A stretch of DNA of 63,982 nucleotides, filler included, from Chiloscyllium plagiosum (lineage: Eukaryota), in the NCBI RefSeq assembly GCF_004010195.1. It is 5 parts of one record of this genome, joined end to end, with 100 filler letters (N's around TTAATTAATTAA, not from the genome) between each part and the next. Parts side by side here need not be neighbours in the genome. Positions count along the whole stretch, not along the records: positions 1 to 29,214 come from NC_057712.1; 4 more parts are not named here. One strand, written 5' to 3'. Positions 1 through 12,000 of this stretch are shown here, piece by piece. Made by a program: the position numbers and the translations under genes. Under the pieces are notes generated by a model, which was given only the letters and a program-made list of their open reading frames with translations, was not told the origin of the DNA and made no database searches. The number at the start of each line of letters is the position of its first letter. Position 1 is the first letter of the stretch.

Positions 1-290
1 AGAGACTTTTCCCCCGGGTACAACAGAGTGTTACAAGGGGACATAAATTTAAGGTGAAGGGTGGAAGGTATAGGGGGGATGTCAGGGGTAGGTTCTTTAT
101 CCAGAGAGTGGTGGGGGAATGGAATGTGCTGCCTGTGGGAGTGGCAGAGTCAGAATCATTGGTGACCTTTAAGCGGCAATTGGATAGGTACATGGATAGG
201 TGCTTAAGCTAGAACAAATGTTCGGCACAACATCGTGGCCGAAGGGCTTGTTCTGTGCTGTATTGTTCTATGTTCTATGTTCTATCTTCT
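1..290 (+). mobile_element. CR1 LINE 3' end
   Basis: Encodes RLFP...TRGHKFKV.GGRYRGDVRGRFF.QRVV..WN.LP (CR1 ORF2 C-terminus) and ends in a (TGTTCTA)n tail. Confidence 0.9.
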
Positions 291-294
291 ATGA

Positions 295-1150
295 AACCTC
301 CTATGGATTACCATGTACCATCCTCCCTCAGTTGAATTAGTACTCCTCCATTTTGAACAACTATTGGTGGAAGCACTGAGGATGGCAAAGGCACAAAATG
401 TATTCTGGGTGGGGGATTTCAATATTCACCACCAAGTGTGGCTCAGCAGCAGTAGTACTGATTGTGGTGGTCAAGTCCTAAAGGACACAGGGGCTAGTCT
501 GAGATTGTGGCAGGTGGTGAGGCAACCAACAAGAGGGAAAATCATTCTTGACCCCATCCTGACCAATCTGCCAACTGCAGATGCATCTGACCATGATAGT
601 ATTGGTAAGATAGCATTGCACGGTCCCTGTGAAAACAAGTCTTGCCTTCACATTGAGAAGAACCTCCATCGTTTTGTGTGACACTATCACTGTGCTAAAT
701 GGGACAGACTTTGAACCGACCTAGCAACTCAAGACTGGACATTTGTTTTCAACCCCATTCACACAAACACAGATAACACAGTTAAGGGATAAAGAAAATA
801 ACAAAATAACTAATGTCCTTCAGAGAAGGAAATCTGCCATCCTCACCCAGCCTGGCCAACATGTAAATCCAGATGCACAACAAAGCAGTTGAGACACTGT
901 GGGCCATCCACAGCAGTAGAATTCTATCCCAGCACAACCTGTAACTTCATGGCCTGGCATATCACTTGGCATATCAAGCCAGGGGACCAATCCTGGTTCA
1001 ATGGAGAGCGCAAGAGGGAATGCCAGGAGCAGTACCAGGCATACCTGAAGATGAGGTGTCACCCTGGTGAAGCCACCAAACAGGAATACTTGCATGACAA
1101 CATAAGCAGCAAATGATAGACAGAGCTAAACGATCCCACAACCAACGGAT
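295..1150 (+). mobile_element. Degenerate CR1/L2-group LINE, AP-endonuclease region
   Basis: ORF 313-681 has VGDFNIHH and PTRGKIILDPILTN (APE motifs), with frameshifts downstream. Confidence 0.75.
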
Positions 1151-1164
1151 CACTAAAAGCTAGT

Positions 1165-1610
1165 ACACAGTGCACCAGGTAATCAGGATGGCGAAGGAAT
1201 GCAGGACCTTATTTCAAAGGAGTTGCAGTATAAGAGTAGGTAAGTCTGACTGCAACTACACAAGGTGCTGGTGAAACCATATCTGGAGTACTGAAACCAG
1301 TTTTGGTGCCCTTATTTAAGGAAAGATATTATTTTATTGGAGACATTTCAGAGAAAATTCACTGGGGTCATGCCCAATATGGAAGGATTGCCTTATCAGC
1401 AAAGACTAAAAAGGTTGGGACTTTCTACTGGAGTTCAGAAGAATGAGTAGTGATCCCACTGAAATGTAAAGGTTTCTTAAAGTGCTTGACAAGGTAAATA
1501 ATGAGAGGATGGGTGAGACTCAGATAAGAGGGCACAGTCTCAGAATAAAGGGACACCAATGTAAGACTAAGAAAAGGAGGAATTTCTTCTGTCAGAGGGT
1601 TGAGAGTTTT
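1165..1610 (+). mobile_element. Degenerate CR1 LINE 3' fragment
   Basis: Recognisable LVKPYLEY..QFW.PYLRKD-like coding and a RGHSLRI segment. Confidence 0.75.
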
Positions 1611-2220
1611 GCATTTTACATTTGGATCTCCTGATCAAAAGTCATCCCTGACTATTGCACTAACGCTATCCTTGATTTACAGTCCTACCCATCTGCTTTT
1701 ACTCAGGTTCTTTTTCTGCTTGAATGTCATACATCCCTTAATATCAAGAATCCAATTCTTGACTTCCTGCAGGCACATCTCCACAATAACTATCAGATCA
1801 TATTTATTCACGATGAACTACAGTCTGTGTGCTATTAATTAATTTACATAATTATAAATGCTGTAAACTTTCACACACAGAACTCTTTTATCTTTATATA
1901 GCTAGTCTTGACTGCTTGTCTATTCTTAGGTTTGTTTTCCCGATGTCCCTTCCTGTCAGTGTCTGATCTTCATTTTCCAAATTGGTGTTTTGCTTCCTTG
2001 CTTCAATTCTTTCCTTGATTTGTTGCATTTACCCAAGCTTGATTCCTCAGCCCCATTTATTTAGTGGCAATATTTTACAACAGGGATGATGAAATTTTCC
2101 TGCTCTTCCTTTCTTTATAGAAGTTGTTTCAGCTTATTTATAATAGCACACTTTTCCATAGCTATCATAAAACCTATTGACTATGGAGAGCAGGTTCGAA
2201 CTACGTTTTGAAGTTGTTAC

Positions 2221-2462
2221 CTTCAAAATTGGTTTCCAGTTAAGAGCAGATGAGCTAATGTAGACCATTCCCATTCTGGACACCGTGGCTGGAGATGCAT
2301 TCTCAATGTTGTGTACCTCAAACAGCAGTTTGCAGGAAGGAGCCATAGGAATACGGTCACCATTAGCCAAAGTTAATGTTTTGTTGTCGTCAAGTACGGA
2401 GTTTAAATTTTCTATCCAAATAGCATCCACTGGACCATCCAGAATTATCCAGATATTCTCAC
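2221..2462 (-). CDS. DNAH8: Dynein heavy chain exon, AAA2 Walker B and sensor region ([37 protein letters not shown]...[13 protein letters not shown])
   Basis: 242 bp. AG at 2463-2464 and GTaac at 2216-2220, phase 1/0. The split Gly codon G|GT joins the previous exon in frame. [32 protein letters not shown] matches recalled DNAH8 better than DNAH5. Confidence 0.95.
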
Positions 2463-2661
2463 CTAAACACCAAATAATGCAACAAAATGCACAAAGATAT
2501 GAACAAGTAGCAGGTTTGGTCTGACATTATTGGTTTGCACAGTAAATCATTGATTAAGGGTGAGCTGTCTGTGGGGTATTTATCTGATGGGTGTTTGTGA
2601 GTTATTGTTGGAATCACACTTAAGCTCTGGGGTTGCAGCACAGCACTGAGTACCCTCACCA

Positions 2662-2846
2662 CCAAACACCTGGAGGAAGAACGCCTCGTCTTCCGCCTCG
2701 GAACACTTCAACCCCAAGGTATCAATGTGGACTTCAATAGTTTCCTCATTTCCCCTATTTTACTGCTCCTTGGATGCTGCCTGAACTGCTGTGCTCTTCC
2801 AGCACCACTAATCCAGAATCTGGTTTCCAGCATCATTGTTTTTACC
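2662..2846 (+). mobile_element. Penelope-like element 3' fragment (GIY-YIG C-terminus plus terminal repeat)
   Basis: Encodes HLEEERLVFRLGTLQPQGINVDFNSF, followed by the ...CCAGCATC...TTGTTTTTACC end also seen at 23640-23717. Confidence 0.8.
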
Positions 2847-2939
2847 ACAGGCTCAGTCCAGTCTTACCATGTGACAGATTAAGGACAGGGGAGACATCGC
2901 CATGACAAGGCTGCTCAGAGAGGCAGCTTGGTCAAAGTG

Positions 2940-4070
2940 AGAGAGGAAGGAGAGGCTACTGGGACAGAGCAAGGCTGGTGAGAGAGGCTAGGAGAAAGTG
3001 AAGACTGCAGATGCTGGAGATCAAAGCCGAGAGTATGCGGTACTGGAAAAGCACAGCAGGTCATGCATCATCCGAGGAGCAGGAGAATCAATGTTTCGGG
3101 CAGGAGCTCTGATGAAAGGCTCCTACCCAAAACGTCGATTCTCCTGCTCCTTGGATGCTGTATGATCTGCTGTGCTTTTCCTGCACTACACACTGTTGAC
3201 TGGTGAGAGAGGCTGCTGAGACAGATATGCGGTACTGGAAAAGCACAGCAGGTCATGCATCATCCGAGGAACAGGAGAATCAATGTTTCGGGCAGGAGCT
3301 CTGATGAAAGGCTCCTACCCAAAACGTCAATTCTCCTGCTCCTCGGATGCTGTATGATCTGCTGTGCTTTTCCTGCACTACACACTGTTGACTGGTGAGA
3401 GAGGCTGCTGAGACAGGGCAAGGTTGATGAGAGAGGCTGCTGGGACAGAGTGAGGCCAGTGGGAGAGCCACTGGAACACAGCAAGGCTAGTGGGAGAGGC
3501 TGCTGGATCATGGTCAGGCCAGTGGGAGAAGCTGCTGGGACAGAGTGAGGCCGTTAGGAGAGGCTAGTGGGACAGAGCGAGACTGGCTGGAGTGGCTGCT
3601 AGGACGGAGTGAGGGCAGTGGGAGAGGCTGCCGGAGCAGAGTGATACCAATGGGAGAGGCTGCTGGGACAAAGTGAGGCTGCAGGAGTGCTACTGGACAG
3701 AGTGAGGTTGGCAGGAGAGACTGCTAGGCCAGAGCGAAGTTGATGGCAGTTACTGCTGGGACAGAGCTGCTAAGTCAGTGGGAGAGCTGCTAAGACAGAG
3801 TGACACTGATGGGAGAGGCTGCGGGAACAAAGTGAGGCTGTAGGAGTGCTGCTGGACCGAGTGAGGCTGGTGGGAGAGGCTGCTAGGACAGAGCGAGGTT
3901 GATGGGAGAGGCTGCTGGGACAAAGTGAGGCTGTGGGAGAGGCTGCTGGACAGAGTGGGGCTGGTGGGAGTGACTGCTGGGACAGAGCGAGGTCAGGGGA
4001 AGAGATTGCTTGGACAAAGTGAGGCTGCGGGAGTGCTGCTGGGACAGAGTGAGGCAAACTGGACCGGACT
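2940..4070. repeat. About 32-bp degenerate minisatellite (GAGAGGCTGCTGGGACAGAGTGAGGCCAGTGG), interrupted by a PLE foldback insert
   Basis: Tandem periodicity is visible across 3390-4070. A PLE-terminus inverted repeat at about 2990-3390 is itself tandemly duplicated (about 190 bp). Confidence 0.85.
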
Positions 4071-4104
4071 GACAGAATGGTTAAGAAGCAGCTTAGTTGG
4101 AGAA

Positions 4105-4370
4105 TCAATAATATGAGGGCATAATTTTAAAGAGAAAGGTAGGAGCTTTTATGGGAATTTGAGGAAAGTTTGTTTTCACTCAGATTGTGGTGGGAATCTG
4201 GAGTGCATTGCCTGGGATTGTAGTTGAGATAGGAAACCTCACAATCTTTAAATGAGCACTTGAATATCATAACATTCACAGCTACAGGCCAATGTAGATT
4301 AAGAGCAATTTTGGCGTACAGACTTGATGGGTGAAAGGACCTCCTCTGTACTGTATGATTCCATGATTCT
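4105..4370 (+). mobile_element. Old CR1 3' end
   Basis: RGHNFK...FFTQIVVGIWSALP-like coding and a TGATTC-type tail. Confidence 0.7.
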
Positions 4371-4963
4371 GTGTGATTGTGAATGGTCATGGATGGTTAA
4401 ACTGCTCAATTCAAAAGAGCTTCCACAAATATCCACATTGTCAATGATGGGGATCCCAAAATATCAGTGCAAAAGATAAGATTGAAGAATTTGCAACAAT
4501 CTTCAGCCAGAAGTTCCATTTCGATGACCGATCTTAGATTCCTCCAGAGTCCGTAGCATTGTAGATGCCAGTCTCTAGCTAATTTTCTTCATATGACTTA
4601 AAACAGCTGAGTGTACTGAACATTACAAAGGCCACAGGCCACAACAATAATCCAGCAATAGCACTGAAGACTTATATTCTGAGAAAAGAATTAATTTTCT
4701 GAGGTCAGGTGAGAATAACTGCCCTTGACATCAAGGCAGCATTTGACTGAAAGTGGTGTCATATATTCCCCAGCAAAACTGTAGTCAATGAAGCAGAACT
4801 TTCCAAACTCTCACCTAGAAGGATGAGGGCGGCTGGTACATGGGAACATCACAACTTGCAGGTTGCCCTGCAAGCCACTCAGCAGTGAATTGTTCACATA
4901 TTAAACATTCGATCTAACTGCAATCTTAGTAACATAGTTTATCTTAATAACTTTGAAAGGTAC

Positions 4964-5210
4964 CTTTTTTTGACTTGATAGATTTCCTCCAAAGTGTTGA
5001 GAAGATTCCATCAGTCCAGTCATTTGTTGCAGGATCCAGTCGCCCAAACATCTGTGGAGCAGTGATAGCCTTAGGATTCATGCGCATTTCCCGATGAGGA
5101 GCTCCACATTCAGTCAGCGACTGCATGAGAGTACGAATTACACATGTCTTCCCAGAGCCACTGGGTCCCAATGTCATCAGCCCATGACGGACCCTGGCTG
5201 TTTCATACAG
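4964..5210 (-). CDS. DNAH8: Dynein heavy chain exon, AAA2 Walker A (GPSGSGKT) to WTDGIFS
   Basis: 247 bp. Acceptor tttcAG at 5211-5212 and donor GTacct with GT at 4962-4963, phase 0/1. Motifs [22 protein letters not shown] and NDWTDGIFS. Confidence 0.95.
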
Positions 5211-6530
5211 CTGAAAGGGGGTAAAAGAGAACAAGATTTAAAAGCTTCATTGTGGGAAGATTGGAGGAAAGGGCAATTCATCCTGAGGAAGGATTTTGAG
5301 AGGTAATATTAAACAAATATTTAAGACAGCTTTGGTAATGGAATGATTCAATTCAGAATTTTTCTTTAAACAGTTAAACAAAGAGTAACATTGATATCAG
5401 GACAGTGATCAACATTTGGAATGGACATTTTAATATAGGTGATAAATATACAAACTATTTAAGGGTCCAGTCACCTACAGTGGAGACTTTAAGATTTAAT
5501 AGCAGTTAAATGGCCTCCTAAATTCTTTATTAACCTTTACCTTTCACTGGAGATGGGGAACTTCTTTTCCTGCTGAGATATGACTCATCCAAAATGATTG
5601 TTGCATCCATTAAAAGGTATGGTGTCTCTTTTAAAATTCATTCCCTGGATGTGGGTATTGCTGGCTGGGCCAACATTTATTACTGATCCCTAATTGCCCT
5701 CGAGAAGGTGTTGATAGCTGCCTTCTTGAACTGTTGCAGTATATTTGTTATCGGCTCACTTACAATGCCATTAGGAGGGGAGTTCCAAGAATTTTACCTA
5801 GCAACACTGAAGCAACAGTGACATTTTGATGTCCAGTTATTGAGTGACTTGGAGGGGAACGTTCGGGTGGTGCTATTTCCATGTATCTGCTGCTCTTATC
5901 CTTCTAAATGACGGTAGTCTTGCTTTGTCCTGGATGGTGTCAAACTATTTGAGTGTTATTAGAGTTGCACCCATCCAGGCATGTGGAGAGTATTCCATCA
6001 CATTCCTGACTTGTGTCATGTCGATGGTGGAGAGACCTTGGAAGTCAGGAGGTGGCTTATGCCCTGCAGGATTCCTAGCGTCTGACCCGCCCTGGTAGCC
6101 ACACCACTTAAATGGCTGTCCAGTTTGGTTTCTGATCAATGATAATCACCAGGATTTTGATTCGTGAAGTGATTCGAAAATGGTAATGCTATTGAAGAGT
6201 CTCTTGTTGGAAATGGTCTTTGCCTGGCATTTATGAGACACAAATGTTACTTGTCACATGTCAGTTCAGACAGAGCCTGATTATTGCCTGCTGCTGCATT
6301 TTGGCATGGACTGTTACAATATCTAATGGTGTTACAAATCCTGCTGCATTTTGGCATGGACTGTTACAGTATCTGATGGTATCAGTGAATATGCTCACCT
6401 CTGACCTTATGATGGTCGGAAGGTCACTGATGAAGCAACTGTAGATAGTTGGGCCTTGGACACTACTCTGTAGAACTCCTGCAGAGATGTCCTGGAGCCA
6501 AGACCTCCCGCAATAATCATCTTCCTATGT

Positions 6531-6716
6531 GGAAATGTGTTGCTGGAAAAGCGCAGCAGGTCAGGCAGCATCTAGGGAACAGGAGAATCGACGTTTCGGG
6601 CATTAGCCCTTCTTCAGAAATCTCCTGTTCCCTAGATGCTGCCTGACCTGCTGCGCTTTTCCAGCAACACATTTCCATCTCTGATCTCCAGCATCTGCAG
6701 ACCTCACTTTCTCCTC
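6531..6716 (+). mobile_element. Miniature foldback PLE insertion with 14-bp TSD
   Basis: Perfect 56-bp inverted repeat (6531-6586 / 6621-6676) plus a 40-nt tail. TCATCTTCCTATGT is duplicated at 6517-6530 and 6715-6728. Confidence 0.9.
6590..6617 (-). ncRNA. Minimal type I hammerhead ribozyme core (PLE-derived)
   Basis: Minus strand reads CUGAAGA-A-GGGC-UAAU-GCCC-GAA-ACGU-C: CUGANGA and GAAA boxes, a 4-bp stem II and a palindromic ACGU stem III. Confidence 0.8.
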
Positions 6717-7749
6717 ATCTTCCTATGTATCAATTATGGCTCCAACTAGCAGAATTTTCCCTGACTTCCACTGTTCCAATTATGCTAAGGCTCCTTGATG
6801 CTGCTCTTGGTTGAATCCTGTCTTGATGTCAAGACTGTCACTTTCATCTCACCTCTGGAATGTATCTCTTCTGTCCATGTTTGAAGCAAGGCTGAAATGA
6901 GGTCAGGACCCGAGTGGCCCTTGCAGAACCCAAATTGAGCAAGTCAGGAAACAAGCTGTTGCCAGGTGGTGCTTTTTGACAGCATTGTTGTTGATAACTT
7001 TCATAACTTTACTTATGAGTCAAGGTCTTACAGCATGGAAACAGATCCCTCTGTCCAACTTGTCTGTGCTGACCGTTTACCAAATTAAACTAATCTCACT
7101 TGTCTGCACTTGGCCCACATTCCTCTAAACCTTTCCTGTTCATGAGAGCAGATTGATTGGTAATTAGTCAGCTTGAATTTGTCCTGTTATATGCGTACAA
7201 GACATATCTAGGCAATTTTCCACAGTTTTGGATAGATGCCAGTGTTGTAACTGTACTGGAACAGCTTGGTTAGGTGAGTGGCAAATTCTGGAACACATCT
7301 TCAGTACTATTACGAAAATGTTGTCAGGGCCCACAGTCTTTCTTGTATCGACTGCCTTGAGCTGTTTCTTGATACTATGTGAAATGAATAAAATTGACTG
7401 CAAACTGGTATCTCTGATGCTGGGCACTCTGAGTTTCCCTTCATAGTTCTTAATGTCTTGTTCAATGCGAGGTAGTCAGTCAGGATGTATTCCTCCTTTT
7501 GAGACTTTCTGCGGACTGAACACATTTAGGAATCAACCGCATTGTGTGGGCCTGGAGTCATATGCAGGCCAGACCAGGTAAAGACAGAAGCTTCCTTCCT
7601 TACAGAGCAGCAGTGATTGAGATGGCGTGTCCACCAATCAACAATTGATCATCCTGAGACTCTTAATTGCAGACTTGTAAACAAATTTTACTATCTGCCA
7701 TGGTGGCATTTGGACCCAGATCGCTAGCACATTACCTGAGTCAGCAGGT

Positions 7750-9108
7750 AAAGAACAAAGAACAAAAAAACAAAGGAACACGTCCTTCGGCCCTCCAAGC
7801 CTGCGCTGATCCAGATCCTCTATGTAAACCTGATAACTATTTTCTAATGATCTGTATCCCTTTGCTCCCTGCCCATTCACGTATCTGTCTCGATACATCT
7901 TAAGTGACACTATCGTTTCCACCTCTATCACCTCTGCTAGCAACATGTTCCAGGCCCCCACCACTCTCTGCGTAAAGAACTTTCCATGCATATCTTCCCT
8001 AAACCTTTCCCCTCTCACTTTGAACTCATGACCCCTAGTAATTGAGTTCTGCACTCCAGGAAAAAGCTTCTTGCTATCCATCCTGTCTATACCTCTCATG
8101 ATTTTGTAGATCATGATCAATCAGGTCCCCCCTCAACTGCTGTCTTTCTAATGAAAATAATCCTAATCTATTGAACCTCTCTTCATAGCTAGTGCCCTCC
8201 ATACCAGGCAACATCCTGGTGAAACTCCTTTGCACCCTCTTCAAAGCATCCATATCCTTTTGGTAATATGGTGACCAGAACTCTACGCACTATTCAAATG
8301 TGGCCGAACCAAAGTCCCATATGACTGTAACACGGCCTGCCAACTCTTGTCCTCAATACCCCGTCTGATGATGGAAAGTGTGCTTATGCCTTCTTGACCA
8401 CTTTACTGGCCTGTGTTGCCACCATCTGGGAACAATGGACCTGAACACCCAAATTCTTCTGTACATCAATTTTCCCCAGGACTTTTCAATTTACTGTATA
8501 GTTCGCTTTTGAATTGGATCTTCCAAAATGCATCACCTCGCATTTGTCCTGACTGAACTCCATCTGCCATTTCTCTGCCCAACTCTCTAATCTATCTATA
8601 TTCTGTTGTATTCTCTGACAGACCCCCTCACTATCTGTTACTCCACCAATCTTGGCGTCAACTGCAAAATTGCTAATCAGCAACAATAGCTTCTTCCACA
8701 TCATTTGTGTATATCACAAACAACAGTAGTCCCAACACGGATCCCTATGAAACACTATTGGTCACAGGCCTCCATTTTGAGAAACTCGCTTCCACTACTA
8801 CTTTCTGTCTCCTGTTGCCCAGGCAGTTCTCTATTCAACCAACGAGAATACCCTGGACCCCATGCGACTTCACCTTCTCCATCATCCTACCATGGGGATC
8901 CTTATCAAATACCTTACTAATATCCATGTATATGACATCTATAGCCATTCCTTCATCAATCAACTTTGTCACCTCCTCAAAAAATTCTATTAGGTTTGTG
9001 AGACATGACTTTCCCCACACAAAACCATGCTGCCTATTACTGATAAGCCCATTTTCTTCCATACGGGAATAGATCCTATCCCTCAGTATCTTCTCCAGCA
9101 GCTTCCCG
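7750..9108 (-). mobile_element. CR1 LINE, 3' ~1.35 kb (RT domain)
   Basis: QHGFVWGKSCLTNLIEFFEEV, DVIYMDISKVFDK, WAEKWQMEF...KCEVMHFG and FFTQRVVGAWN; AAGAAC-type tail. Confidence 0.92.
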
Positions 9109-9234
9109 AAATATGACTTGTTTTGTGATTTTATACCATAATGCCATCACCTTGCCTATTGAAACAATATTAAAGAAGTATGTAATAAGTGCCATGTACT
9201 GTAGGCGAATGTTTTAATAACTCAGTGCAGTTAC

Positions 9235-9396
9235 CTGAACAAGTTTGAGATTCCAGGGTGGGTGATTAACTAATCCTGCTATTTCCACCTGATTGGCTAC
9301 AGCAGCCTGCAGTTCCACATAGGTGCTACTATCCAATTGTATACCAGGGAACAAATCACTGATCAGGCTGAGGAAAAGTGGCTCATCTTCATCCAC
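9235..9396 (-). CDS. DNAH8: Dynein heavy chain exon ([18 protein letters not shown]...[11 protein letters not shown])
   Basis: 162 bp. AG at 9397-9398 and GTaa at 9231-9234, phase 0/0. Contains the DLFP motif and continues directly from ...NLSKL. Confidence 0.93.
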
Positions 9397-10204
9397 CTGT
9401 TAATGAAATTCAAATTCATTATAAATTGTCTATTCTCACACTGCAAAACATTTAGATTGAGAAACTCTGGTGGCCCTGTAGCTCCATCAGAATGACAGCA
9501 CAAAAGAACTTTTATCTCACACTTTATTAAGTTGCTGCCTGCACAAGGTGACATCATTTGAATGATCAGAAGACATGAAATCTGGGAGAACAACTGTATC
9601 TAAACAATGACAGCAGGCCAAATATGTCCAATTTTCTCCAAATGCCTGTTATATCCCACTGACAGAATGTTACAGAGTTATGTGCAAGGATGAAAAAGAG
9701 CTGAAACTCCAGCAGGAGTGTGAGTTTCTGCACGCCTGAGTGTGGGGACCACTTGAGAGGTTGCATGATTAGTGTAGACTTTCTGCAGATTATCAAGTTA
9801 GCTATTTGTAGGCTTGTTCCTAGGATTTGGTTTTCTGCAGCGATGAGCTTCAAAAGGAAGAGGTTTGGAGAACTTATGATGGTGCACACTCCAGGTCTAA
9901 GGGCAGAAATGTTACTATCTGCTGTGTTGTTGGTGTGTCTGTGCAGACAGTACTTAAAGATTAAGAGGGGACCAATATAGTTGCCAGACCATATGGATTC
10001 TCAAAATCACCTTTCCCAAAATAGTGTTGTGCTTCAATGGATTAGCCATTATTGTTTGGAGACATTAACTTTGTGGTTTGAAACAAGTGTCATTGGTTTC
10101 AAACCAACCCATTTAGGTCAGAAAATCCTTTTTGGAATGTGTCCTTTTGTCCTTTCAAGAAATTGTGGGAGATTAAATTCGCAGACCTGTTTGAATAATT
10201 AATT

Positions 10205-12000
10205 TAAGACCATAAGACATAGCAGTGGAAGTAAGGCCATTTGGTCCATCGAGTTCACTCTGCCATTTAATCATGACTGATGGACATTTCAACTCCACTT
10301 ACTTTCTGTAACCCTTAATTCCTTGCAAGATCAAGATTTTATCAATCTCTGCCTTGAAGACATTTAACATTCCAGCCTCCACTGTGCTCTGTGCCAATGA
10401 ATCCACAGGCCCAGCACTCTCTGGCTAAAGAAATGTCTCACTCATATCCGTTCTAAATTGACCCCCTCTAATTCTAAGGCTGTGCCCATGGGTCTCCTCG
10501 CCTAACGGAAAAAACTTCCCAGCATCCACCCTTTCTAAGCAATGCATTATCTTGTAAATTTCTATTAGATCTCCCTTCAACCTTCTAAACTCTAATGGGT
10601 ACAATTCCAGGATCCTCAGCTGTTTATCGTATGTTAGGCCTACTATTTCAGGCATCATCCGTGTGAATCTCCGCTGGACACACTCCAGTGCCAGTATGCC
10701 CTTCCTGAGGTGTGGGGCCCAAAACTGGACATAGTATTCTAAACAGGGCCTAACTAGAGCTTTATAAAGTATCCGAAGCACATTACTGCTTTTATATTCC
10801 AACCCTCTTGAGATAAATGGCAACATTACATTCGCTTTCTTAATCACTGACTCAACTTGCAAGTTAACCTTTCGAGAATCCTGGACTAGCACTCCCAGAT
10901 CCCTTTGTACTTTGGCTTTATGAATTTTCTCACTGTTTAGAAAATAGTCCATGCCTGTATTCTTTTTTTCCAAAGTGCAAGACTTTGCATTTGCTCACGT
11001 TGAATTTCATCAGCCATTTCCTGGACCAGTCTCCTAAACTGTCTAAATCTTTCTTGAGCCTCCCCATGTCCTCACTATTACCTGCCTGTCCACCTAACTT
11101 TGTATAATCGGCAAACTTCACCAGAATGCCCCCAGTCCCTTCAGCTGGATCACTAATATATAAAGTGAACAGCTACGGCCTCAACACTGAACCCTGTGGG
11201 ACACCACTTGTCACTAGCTGTCATTCCAAAAAAGAACTTTTAGCCCAACTCTCTGCCTTCTGTCAGACAGCCAATCCTCAGGCCATGCCAGTAGCTCACC
11301 TTGAACACCATGGGCCCTCACCTTACTCAGCAGCTTCCCGTGATGCACGGTATCAAAGGCCTTTTGGAAGTCTAGATAGATAACATCCACAGGGTTTCAC
11401 TGGTCTAACCTACTTGTTACCTCTTCAAAGAATTCCAACAGATTTGTCAGGCATGACCTCCCCTTATTAAATCCATGCTGACTTGTTCTAATCCAACCCT
11501 GTACTTCCAAGAATTTAGAAATCTCATCCTTAACGATGGGTTCTAGAATTTTGCCGACAACCGAGGTTAGGCTAATCGGCCTCTAATTCTCTATCTTTTG
11601 TCTGGATCATTTTTTGAACAAGGGGGTTACAGCAGCGATTTTCCAATCATCTGGGACTTTCCCTGACTCCAGTGACTTTTGAAAGATCACAACCAATGCC
11701 TCTGCTATTTCATCAGCCGCCTCCCTCAGTACTCTAGGTTGTACCCATCGGGGCCAGGAGATTTATCAATTTTTAGATTTTTTAGTTTTTATAGCACTTT
11801 CTCTTTTGTAATGGCTAGCATACTCAACTCTGCCCCCTGACTGTCCTTATTTGTTGGGATATTAATCATGTCTTCCACTGTGAAGACTGACACAAAGTAC
11901 TTATTAGGTTCTTCAGCTATTTCCTTAGGAGTGTAGGGAGGTGAGGAACATGGCATCAATTTCCAAGGAGGGTGCCTGTCAGCTATTTCCTTATCTCCCA
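10205..12000 (-). mobile_element. CR1 LINE, 3' ~1.8 kb
   Basis: FADYTKLGG, LYKALVRPCLEYYVQFWAP and GHSLRIRGG; (CTTATGGT)-type tail. Confidence 0.92.

Larger units (their letters stand above)
5635..7745 (-). mobile_element. Degenerate CR1/L2-group LINE with ...GGGCAATTAGGGAT...GAATGAAT tail and SINE-like 5' body
   Basis: RT-region remnants (LKAVDTRKTVGPDNI, LDIK, VRNVMEYSPHAW). The tail is at 5635-5705. Segment 7527-7745 is homologous to the SINE at 61850-62180. Confidence 0.7.
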
